A DNA stretch of 64,000 nt from a virus, in IMG/VR virus record IMGVR_UViG_3300043466_002666, one strand, 5' to 3'. The notes beneath the pieces were generated by a model. The model saw only the letters and a list, made by a program, of their open reading frames with translations, was not told the origin of the DNA and made no database searches. Shown here one piece after another: positions 1-6,823 of this stretch. The first letter of the stretch is position 1, and each line of letters opens with the position of its first letter. A program made the translations under genes and the position numbers.

Positions 1-805
1 CAAACGCAATGTGATCTAGACGATATGATTCCTGATTAGTATAAGTAAACTTCTTATAAAGATCAAGATAGTCTAAAACAGATAGACCTGCAATTTCATA
101 GATGATGTGTGGTCTTCCCATGATTACTACTTCTCTGTTGGTCACTACAGTCCAGGGAGAAATAGACTTCATATGTTTTGTAGATAGAACTTTATCTAGC
201 CTACGCATGATGTATGGAATATCGTAAAGATATACGTTCCATCCAGTTACAACATCAGGAGTGTTATGAACCCACCAATTTAGGAAGTCTTGAAGCATTT
301 CTTGCTCAGTCCAGAATACTCGATATTCTACATCTGAACGAGTGTTTTCATATTCACGAACACCCCACACAATCAGTTGCTTTGTATTAATATCTTTAAT
401 TGTAATACAAAGCATTTCTTCTGCAGCAGCTTCCACATTAGGAAATCCGTTTTCACATGCAACCTCAATGTCTAGAGAAACAATCTTCATCGAAGAAATA
501 TCAAACTTGATCTCTTCTTCAGGAAACTGATCTGCAATGTATTGATACAAGAACCTCTCATAACCGTAGACAACAAAGTTATCTACTCCTTCATATTTTT
601 TGAGAAAGTCTTTTGCATCATTAGTCTTATCGAATTTGATAGGACTCACACATTCCCCATCTAGTGTTGTATACTTACTATTCTTTTTAGATGGAACAAA
701 TAGAGTGGGAGAAAACTTTTCCTGAAATATTTCCTGAACTCCATTGTTGTATCCACGATAGTGAACTATATCACGGATGAGTTGTACGTTGGTGTAAAAC
801 CTCAT
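1..805 (-). CDS. gp43: Family B DNA polymerase (T4 gp43-like), N-terminal/exonuclease part; runs off the left edge of the window
   Basis: Not in ORF track. Manual translation from ATG at 805 gives MRFYTNVQLIRDIVHYRGYNNG..., with ExoI-like SLDIEVACENGFP and ExoII-like TPDVVTGWNVYLYDIPY motifs. ATGA overlap with the upstream gene stop. Confidence 0.95.
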   Translation of the reverse strand, partial: MRFYTNVQLIRDIVHYRGYNNGVQEIFQEKFSPTLFVPSKKNSKYTTLDGECVSPIKFDKTNDAKDFLKKYEGVDNFVVYGYERFLYQYIADQFPEEEIKFDISSMKIVSLDIEVACENGFPNVEAAAEEMLCITIKDINTKQLIVWGVREYENTRSDVEYRVFWTEQEMLQDFLNWWVHNTPDVVTGWNVYLYDIPYIMRRLDKVLSTKHMKSISPWTVVTNREVVIMGRPHIIYEIAGLSVLDYLDLYKKFTYTNQESYRLDHIAF

Positions 806-1167
806 TTAGAAATTAGTTGAGTGTAAAGATTTAGAATTTCAGGTTTTGGTTCAATGATAGTCATAATCTTATCAGAATTGAGAAGAATGTCTACATCATC
901 AGTAAACGATGGATATCTATCTAACTGAGCGTAATCTGTCTGGACAACGGCAATTTCCTTGCCGTCTTTAATATTTTTTTCTTCGGTTGTTTTCAAAAAT
1001 ACTGCATTATCTGGGGGAAAATGTTTGTCTTCATCATTATAATCCCAATAAGTCAATGGATCAACTTTATATGGATTTTTCATATGCAGAGAAGGTTCTT
1101 CATCCAACTCGTCATATTCACAAATAATGTAATCATTGTTGATTAGCTGAATCATTTTAATATTCAT
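802..1167 (-). CDS. Hypothetical protein upstream of DNA polymerase (121 aa)
   Basis: ORF track 802..1224. Start moved to ATG 1167 (MNIKMIQ), which has a GGAG SD; the longer start lies inside a promoter. Confidence 0.75.
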   Translation of the reverse strand: MNIKMIQLINNDYIICEYDELDEEPSLHMKNPYKVDPLTYWDYNDEDKHFPPDNAVFLKTTEEKNIKDGKEIAVVQTDYAQLDRYPSFTDDVDILLNSDKIMTIIEPKPEILNLYTQLISK

Positions 1168-1195
1168 GGTGGGCTCCATCGGAACATCTCTATGT

Positions 1196-1224
1196 ATGGT
1201 AGCATACTCAGGCTCGCTTGTCAA
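1196..1224 (-). promoter_or_regulatory. Sigma70-type promoter for the hypothetical gene + gp43
   Basis: TTGACA-17 nt-TACCAT on the minus strand. Confidence 0.75.
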
Positions 1225-1226
1225 GG

Positions 1227-1264
1227 AAAAAGACCCAATCCCTGAAAGTTGCCAGGGTGGGTCT
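1227..1264 (-). terminator. Intrinsic terminator downstream of hsp20
   Basis: AGACCCA/TGGGTCT plus CCCTG/CAGGG stem, followed by a T-run on the minus strand. Confidence 0.7.
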
Positions 1265-1303
1265 GTGCCGACGATATTTGGGGATTTCCCAATTCTATTT
1301 ATT

Positions 1304-1771
1304 TCAATCTTCTGTTAAAAGTTGTGGCTCTGTTTTTATTCCAGGAATATTCCATGTAGTTTTCTTCTGATGTTCTGGAATGATTCTTTCAATATCTACA
1401 GTTAGTAGTCCATGCTCAAACCCTACAGAGGATACTCGATGTTCATCTGAGAGTTGAATCTTACGGGTGAATGAACGCTTGGATAAACCTTTGTGTACAT
1501 ACTGTCTTGAAGTATCTCGTTCCTCAACTTTGCTGGCAATTGTGAGAACGTTTTGTTCTGTAAAGACTTCAATCTCTTCTGGTTTAAATCCCGAAAGAGC
1601 GACTTCAATTGTGTAGTTACTGTTGTCATGTTTGACGATGTTGTAGGGAGGATAGTTAACATTAACTGAATGATGCATTGCATCTAGTCTGTTAAACATT
1701 TCATCCAGACCTACAGCGAGTGGAGCGTAATCGTTCCAAAATGAGTCTAGTGATTGAGTGGTAAATTTCAT
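1304..1771 (-). CDS. hsp20: Small heat shock protein (Hsp20/IbpA-like)
   Basis: NYPPYNIVK, IEVALSGF, HKGLSKRSFTRKIQL and FEHGLLTVDIERIIPE alpha-crystallin motifs. Start at ATG 1771 with AAGGAG SD. Confidence 0.95.
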   Translation of the reverse strand: MKFTTQSLDSFWNDYAPLAVGLDEMFNRLDAMHHSVNVNYPPYNIVKHDNSNYTIEVALSGFKPEEIEVFTEQNVLTIASKVEERDTSRQYVHKGLSKRSFTRKIQLSDEHRVSSVGFEHGLLTVDIERIIPEHQKKTTWNIPGIKTEPQLLTED

Positions 1772-1779
1772 TTTCTGAA

Positions 1780-1826
1780 TCTCCTTATTAAGCGAGAGTT
1801 TTACTAGAGACCCCGAAGGCATCTCT
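1780..1826 (-). promoter_or_regulatory. ROSE-like RNA thermometer in the hsp20 5' UTR
   Basis: mRNA UCUC(G)CUU-AAU-AAGGAGA: the SD pairs with a UCGCU strand containing a bulged G. It is preceded by a C(UUCG)G hairpin at 1806-1826. Confidence 0.65.
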
Positions 1827-1832
1827 TCACAA

Positions 1833-1861
1833 TTATATATATGTGATGATAAATTTTTCAA
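1833..1861 (-). promoter_or_regulatory. Putative sigma70-type promoter of hsp20
   Basis: TTGAAA-18 nt-TATAAT on the minus strand. Confidence 0.55.
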
Positions 1862-1876
1862 GTTCGGATTTCCGAA

Positions 1877-1884
1877 AATAAATA
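1877..1884 (+). promoter_or_regulatory. T4-type late (gp55) promoter for the riboswitch-peptide unit
   Basis: AATAAATA (T4 late consensus TATAAATA) 7 nt before the first aptamer. Confidence 0.6.
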
Positions 1885-1891
1885 GTAGTAT

Positions 1892-1978
1892 CGTTCATCC
1901 ACTTATGTGGACGGAAGTAAGCCGACTCGGAACGGATCGTTCATCGGGAAACCGACGCAAAAGCCGACTGAAGGAACG
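1892..1978 (+). ncRNA. Tandem glutamine riboswitch aptamers (glnA / downstream-peptide motif class)
   Basis: Two units, CGTTC-A-TCCAC(TTAT)GTGGA-CGGAAGTAAG-CCGACTC-GGAACG and CGTTC-A-TCGG(GAAA)CCGA-CGCAAAAG-CCGACT-GAAGGAACG. P1 CGUUC/GAACG, the P2 hairpin and the CGGAAGUA / GAAGGAACG segments match the glutamine aptamer consensus. Confidence 0.85.
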
Positions 1979-2010
1979 CTCTTTAACCTAAAAAACTAAG
2001 GAGAAACCTA

Positions 2011-2157
2011 ATGTCACAAGCAACTTATCGTGGTGCTCATTACGACACCGAAACTCGTAAAAATCAAATCGCATCAAATTGGTTGACAGTTATTCGTCAG
2101 CAAATTGAAAAAGAAGAAAGACTCAAGCAAGCACAACTTGCCATGGCAATGAAATAA
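2011..2157 (+). CDS. 48-aa YRG-motif peptide, DUF4278 / IF17 N-terminus-like
   Basis: Not in ORF track. MSQATYRGAHYDTETRKNQIASNWLTVIRQQIEKEERLKQAQLAMAMK. AAGGAG SD at 1998-2003, double TAA stop, terminator follows. Confidence 0.85.
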   Translation: MSQATYRGAHYDTETRKNQIASNWLTVIRQQIEKEERLKQAQLAMAMK

Positions 2158-2160
2158 TAA

Positions 2161-2184
2161 AAAAGGGGGCTAAATGCCCCCTTT
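2161..2184. terminator. Probable bidirectional terminator between the peptide gene and regA
   Basis: AAAGGGGGC-TAAAT-GCCCCCTTT perfect stem between convergent genes. Confidence 0.85.
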
Positions 2185-2188
2185 CCTG

Positions 2189-2611
2189 TTATTCTGCTTG
2201 TTTCTTTTTTCCAATATTATATTTGGATTCTAGAGTCCACTCAGGTTTATCCTTAAAAGAAAGAACCTTAATTTGACTCAGTGGTGCCGAATCTGCAACC
2301 TGATCAGCGTTTACAATTTTAACTAACCCCCAATCCTGTAGCAACTGAGCAATTCTATTTTTACGTTGTACGTCATTTAAAAATAGATTAGCTCGTTTAC
2401 CATCAAGAGCAAATAACTCTTTGAAATGGACAATATAATATCTACCTTGCTTGTGCAGTATATGGCAAGATTGATATAGTTTTTTTTCTTTTCTTGATGC
2501 AACTCCAATACGAGTTAGAGTTTCTCTGACTTTTAGAAAGTCGTCTGGTTCGTTCAGAGTTACTTCAACCATTTGTTCTGGTGACCAACTCACTTCACTA
2601 TCAGCGTTCAT
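2189..2611 (-). CDS. regA: Translational repressor RegA
   Basis: DDFLKVRETLTRIGVASRKEKKLYQSCHILHKQGRYYIVHFKELFALDG signature. Start at ATG 2611 after GGAGG. Confidence 0.97.
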   Translation of the reverse strand: MNADSEVSWSPEQMVEVTLNEPDDFLKVRETLTRIGVASRKEKKLYQSCHILHKQGRYYIVHFKELFALDGKRANLFLNDVQRKNRIAQLLQDWGLVKIVNADQVADSAPLSQIKVLSFKDKPEWTLESKYNIGKKKQAE

Positions 2612-2990
2612 GTTTTCCTCCACGATTCAATTTAGCTTTTATAAATTCAAGTTGTTGTTGTGTTAATAGCTTTAAAGCAACTTTAGCTTTTTCATCACTA
2701 TAACCATAATATTGTTTTATGCAATCCAGAGAATCCAATTTCTCTTTCTTTAGCCAAGGAGAGAAACGTTTCTTTGGTCTGATAATATTTATATAAAAAT
2801 CATATTGTAACTTCTTGTCAATATGAGAATTTAAGTTCATCTCATTTGCAAGAAGTATAGTATCCATGAACCCAGAATAGCAACGATTGACAACGTATGG
2901 AGGATATTGACTCTCACATTCTGGATTAGAATCCATCAAATTTTCCTTTGAAATATTGATAGAATTTAAGTAATCTTTAAGTTCTGCCAC
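2601..2990 (-). CDS. gp62: Clamp loader small subunit
   Basis: LKDYLNSIN, YPPYVVNR, LANEMN, LQYDFY, KRFSPWLK and YYGYSDEKAK motifs. Likely GTG start at 2990. Confidence 0.92.
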   Translation of the reverse strand: MAELKDYLNSINISKENLMDSNPECESQYPPYVVNRCYSGFMDTILLANEMNLNSHIDKKLQYDFYINIIRPKKRFSPWLKKEKLDSLDCIKQYYGYSDEKAKVALKLLTQQQLEFIKAKLNRGGKHER

Positions 2991-2994
2991 GAAG

Positions 2995-3282
2995 TCACAC
3001 AATAATTTTTTTATCTGGAGTAATAATATTACTATACATTTTAGTGTATTGGTCTACAATACCTTCATCTGCTTCAGCAATATATACCACAAATTTTCTA
3101 TCTACTGCAATTTCGGTTTGTGCTTTACTAATCATTGGAGACCACGGAGCAAATCCAAGTGTTCCTTGTCCAGTAGGAACTCCAACAATTGCATTCTCAA
3201 CAACAATGTAATCAAAGGTTTCTTTGATTACATTAGCAATTAGATCCTCACCAGAGGACATACGAATCAGTTTTACATTCAT
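2995..3282 (-). CDS. Conserved T4-like hypothetical protein (possible Sm-like fold)
   Basis: MNVKLIRMSSGEDLIA...FAPWSP; GGAGG SD before ATG 3282. Confidence 0.75.
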   Translation of the reverse strand: MNVKLIRMSSGEDLIANVIKETFDYIVVENAIVGVPTGQGTLGFAPWSPMISKAQTEIAVDRKFVVYIAEADEGIVDQYTKMYSNIITPDKKIIV

Positions 3283-3283
3283 T

Positions 3284-3670
3284 TTAAGATCCTCCATCCC
3301 GAAGTCCAGTCTTGGGATTTATACTAAATTTAAGTGGTTTTTTCTTTGAAGCTTTTGGTTTTTTGCTGTATCTTGTATCTCGGTCAAGTTTGGTAAAAGT
3401 AGGTTCAATATCAACTTCTTCAAATTTAACATATTTGAATAGTTTTGTTCCATCAGGTTTTACCATACTTAAACAATAATCTGGTAATGGGTTATCAAAT
3501 GTATACCACATACCAGTATTTCCTTGCCTAAAAAATCCTGTATCTTTTGGCAAATTTGGTAAAATTTCAGTTTTAAAATAATAGTGTTCAGAACTACCTA
3601 TCCATTTTGAATTTGCAGAAGCATCTAATCCGCCTTCAAAAATTTGATAATAAAATTTAGTTCGTTTCAT
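3284..3670 (-). CDS. Hypothetical protein with a basic C-terminus
   Basis: ORF track 3284..3688. ATG 3670 overlaps the gp44 stop (ATGA). Confidence 0.65.
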   Translation of the reverse strand: MKRTKFYYQIFEGGLDASANSKWIGSSEHYYFKTEILPNLPKDTGFFRQGNTGMWYTFDNPLPDYCLSMVKPDGTKLFKYVKFEEVDIEPTFTKLDRDTRYSKKPKASKKKPLKFSINPKTGLRDGGS

Positions 3671-4614
3671 TTGAATTTGCAATCGCACATCAATTCAGTA
3701 AAGCAAGCCAAAGTGTTGATCTCTTGATCTGCAACAAAGGCAGCTTGGTATTGGTATTTAGCAAAAATCAATACAGCCTGTGGTATTGATTGGGGTTCTA
3801 ATGATTTGTACATTTCATTGTAAATTTTACGAATAATTGCATTTACATCATTATCCAAATTCTCAACAACCCACTTACGAACATTGGCAAAGTTCTTTTC
3901 TTTCATGGATTGAACAAGATTTTTCAAATTTATGTCTGATACAGATGCTAGGATGCCAGTATCAATAACACCTCCAGAAGAATATTTCTGAAGTTCATTC
4001 AATACCCTACGCCAATCTGGCAAGAACTTATGAATTACCTCTGCAACAACCTTTGGATCATATTCGACATTTTGCTCCTCAAGTACAACCCGGACACGCT
4101 GGAAGAACTGTGCTGCGATTTTCTGCTTTTCTTTTCCTGAAATGTTGAAATCAAATGCTGCACATCGAGATTGGAGCGGCTCGATGATCTTATTCCTGTA
4201 ATTGCAGGTGAAGATGAATCGGCAGTTGTTATGAAACGTCTCAATATTAGCCCGTAGAAGGAGTTGAACATCGTTGGTTGTGTTATCTGCCTCATCAATG
4301 ATGATGACTTTGTGTTTACCAGTTGCTTGAAGTGATAGGGTCGAAGCAAAGTTCTTTGCCTGGTTCCGTACCGTGTCCAAAAATCGTCCTTCATCAGATC
4401 CGTTGATGACATAATAATCTACTCCAAGTTCATTACATAATGCTTTAGCAATTGTGGTTTTTCCAATTCCTGGTGGACCACATAAAAGTAGATTGGGGAT
4501 TTCTCCCCGCTCTACGAAATTTTGAAAAGTATCCTTAATATCTTTTGGAAGAATACAATCACATACTTTCTGTGGTCGATATTGCTCAACCCACAAGAAA
4601 TCATTACCAATCAT
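3667..4614 (-). CDS. gp44: Clamp loader large subunit (RFC-like AAA+)
   Basis: LWVEQYRPQ, Walker A GPPGIGKT, Walker B IIDEAD, SRC motif. Confidence 0.97.
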   Translation of the reverse strand: MIGNDFLWVEQYRPQKVCDCILPKDIKDTFQNFVERGEIPNLLLCGPPGIGKTTIAKALCNELGVDYYVINGSDEGRFLDTVRNQAKNFASTLSLQATGKHKVIIIDEADNTTNDVQLLLRANIETFHNNCRFIFTCNYRNKIIEPLQSRCAAFDFNISGKEKQKIAAQFFQRVRVVLEEQNVEYDPKVVAEVIHKFLPDWRRVLNELQKYSSGGVIDTGILASVSDINLKNLVQSMKEKNFANVRKWVVENLDNDVNAIIRKIYNEMYKSLEPQSIPQAVLIFAKYQYQAAFVADQEINTLACFTELMCDCKFK

Positions 4615-4618
4615 TCAA

Positions 4619-5293
4619 TCAACCTCCAAAAGTGGAATCTGGTTCAAGTGCAATCCAATATTGCAAGTTATACTTAGTACTAATAAATTGAGAAATATTA
4701 CGGGGTGAAACTAGAACTTTATATACATCAGGAATAATCTTGATGTTTTCAATCTTAAAGTTAAAAGCAAACTCTTTGTCAGTCTCACCTACTTTAGCTG
4801 AATAGCTGTTGGATGTATCATTATCTTTGTTGCGAACTACAAGATTGATCTCCCCGTCCTCACTAATCAATGATAAGTCCTTGAGCTGGTAGACATTTGC
4901 TGCTTTCAAAAGTGATGATAGAACTTCTTCACTAAGCTCAAACTCAACATTCTCCCCATCCATAGGAATTTGCTTGTCTGAAGGACTAGTAATCAAACTA
5001 GGATCAGAGAAAAAATATTTTACTTTAGAACGACCACTTTTAATAGTTAGATGGCTAGAATTATCAAATACAAATTCAGCATCTTTGAATAGATACAAAC
5101 CTCCTAGAAATTCATTTAAATCATATAGAGCAAAGTCTTGTTCAAACACCTCTTTACATACATACTCAGCCAGAATATTTTTGACTGGAGATACTGTACG
5201 AATTACACTACCAGCTTTTACTACTAGAGAAGAATTGATAGTGGAGAAGTTCTTAAGAACATTCAAAGTTTCATTAGAGATTTTCATACTCAT
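4619..5293 (-). CDS. gp45: Sliding clamp
   Basis: LKNFSTINSSL, FALYDLNEFL and YWIALEPDSTF motifs; adjacent to gp44. Confidence 0.95.
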   Translation of the reverse strand: MSMKISNETLNVLKNFSTINSSLVVKAGSVIRTVSPVKNILAEYVCKEVFEQDFALYDLNEFLGGLYLFKDAEFVFDNSSHLTIKSGRSKVKYFFSDPSLITSPSDKQIPMDGENVEFELSEEVLSSLLKAANVYQLKDLSLISEDGEINLVVRNKDNDTSNSYSAKVGETDKEFAFNFKIENIKIIPDVYKVLVSPRNISQFISTKYNLQYWIALEPDSTFGG

Positions 5294-5598
5294 TTAAATT
5301 CCTGAAGACCGTTTTGTGTACGAGAATAGTGACTGTCAAAGTGAAGTAGTAGCATAGCGTAATGAATCACTTTGAGTAGATCTCTCTTATTGAGTCCATC
5401 TTTGTCACCATACCGGCTGCCATACTTGAGAATATTTGCTTGACAGAAGGGAGCAGCAAGACCTTTGGCTGCCATCAGATCAATTGTCTGAATGTCATTG
5501 TAGCCATCTTCATCACCGCAATAGTGACCATGATAGGTGCTGACTACATACTCTTCAATATCTTTGAGGATCTTTTCCTCGTTGTACTTCCATTGCAT
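5290..5598 (-). CDS. Conserved cyanophage hypothetical protein (DUF3310-like)
   Basis: MQWKYNEE...TYHGHY...NILKYGSRYGDKDG...DLLKVIHYA. Start moved to ATG 5598 (GGAG SD). Confidence 0.7.
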   Translation of the reverse strand: MQWKYNEEKILKDIEEYVVSTYHGHYCGDEDGYNDIQTIDLMAAKGLAAPFCQANILKYGSRYGDKDGLNKRDLLKVIHYAMLLLHFDSHYSRTQNGLQEFK

Positions 5599-5614
5599 AA
5601 TTAAGTCTCCAAAT

Positions 5615-5638
5615 AAAAAATGGGGAGAGGAACTCCCC
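5615..5638 (-). terminator. Intrinsic terminator after the cobS-like gene
   Basis: GGGGAG-TTCCT-CTCCCC followed by ATTTTTT on the minus strand. Confidence 0.7.
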
Positions 5639-5640
5639 TT

Positions 5641-5669
5641 AGTATACCGCAATCAGGAGGCGATGTCAA
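5641..5669 (-). promoter_or_regulatory. Sigma70-type promoter for the clamp/clamp-loader operon
   Basis: TTGACA-17 nt-TATACT. Confidence 0.8.
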
Positions 5670-6765
5670 GTACCTCTTCGGTAGTTTCTGGGATAGCTTC
5701 TTCAGTAGTATCCAGATCAGAAGCATCAATATTCTTGTATAGATCTAGGAAAGAACTCTTCGTGTCATCATCAAAACGATTGATACATACATTGATTGCT
5801 TTCTTGCGATTCTTGAAGATAGCAAATGACTGAATGATGTGAACAAGACGACGAGTAGTGATAATTTCGTCTACGCCACCATCATAGAAGGTCTTACGAA
5901 TGGTGTCTGCCCAGACAATCAGTTTGTCCACAAACTCCTCATCAACAACCTCAAAAGAATTCATCAGGTTCATGAGAATCTTTTTCTCAGTAGCCATCGA
6001 AGGATAAGGCTGCTCAAAGGTGATTGGAAAACGCTCAAGGAAAGCTTCGTTCATAACGTTGGTACCAATGAAACGACCATCATCAGAACCTTTACCTTTA
6101 GTGTTTGCAGTGGCAATCACATTGAACCCTGCAGAAGGAGTTACATACTGGTTGATCTTCTTGAGGAAAACACCCTTGCCTTCTAGAACAGATTGCAGAC
6201 ACATGATCTTGTTGCTTGCAAGGTCGATCTCGTCGAGAAGAAGTACGGCACCACGCTTGAGAGCATTCACAACAGGACCGTCGTGCCATACGGTTTCTCC
6301 ATCAACGAGTCGGAAACCGCCAAGCAGATCATCCTCATCGGTTTCAATGGTAATGTTGACCCGAATCAGTTCACGCTTGAGATGAGCACAGGCTTGCTCT
6401 ACGCTGACAGTCTTACCGTTACCAGACAGACCAGTGATGAAGACAGGATAGAACATACCAGACTTCACGATTCGCTTTACATCAGTAAAGTTACCAAACG
6501 AGACATAGTTCTTATCCTTCTGGGGGATAAAGCTAACTACTGGACTTGCAGGGGTGGCAGACATAGAATTAAAGGTTTTTTCAAGTTGTTCGGTTACGGT
6601 CAAATTCCAGACTCCACGACTAGTTTTGTTGGGTTCAAGTGCTTTACAAATAGATGCAAGAGAAGTATCAGAGCTTGCAGCGTATTCGATTAGTTGTTGG
6701 CGAGTGACAGTCTCACCATAAAGAACAGACAGGTTTTGGACAAGCTGATCAATCATTTGAGTCAT
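5653..6765 (-). CDS. cobS: CobS-like MoxR-family AAA+ ATPase
   Basis: Walker A GLSGNGKT, ETDEDDLLGG, Walker B LLLDEID, ATANTKGKG, NEAFLERF. Confidence 0.92.
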   Translation of the reverse strand: MTQMIDQLVQNLSVLYGETVTRQQLIEYAASSDTSLASICKALEPNKTSRGVWNLTVTEQLEKTFNSMSATPASPVVSFIPQKDKNYVSFGNFTDVKRIVKSGMFYPVFITGLSGNGKTVSVEQACAHLKRELIRVNITIETDEDDLLGGFRLVDGETVWHDGPVVNALKRGAVLLLDEIDLASNKIMCLQSVLEGKGVFLKKINQYVTPSAGFNVIATANTKGKGSDDGRFIGTNVMNEAFLERFPITFEQPYPSMATEKKILMNLMNSFEVVDEEFVDKLIVWADTIRKTFYDGGVDEIITTRRLVHIIQSFAIFKNRKKAINVCINRFDDDTKSSFLDLYKNIDASDLDTTEEAIPETTEEVLDIAS

Positions 6766-6794
6766 AATGAAGTTACCTCGTTTGGTATGAATGT

Positions 6795-6823
6795 AGTATA
6801 GGGTAAAAGGCGTGGGTTGTCAA
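6795..6823 (-). promoter_or_regulatory. Sigma70-type promoter of the cobS-like gene
   Basis: TTGACA-17 nt-TATACT. Confidence 0.8.

Noticed and set aside
5653-6765. cobS as a cobalamin-biosynthesis auxiliary gene
   Set aside because: No cobN or other cob genes in the window. The motifs only support a MoxR AAA+ ATPase with a VWA partner.
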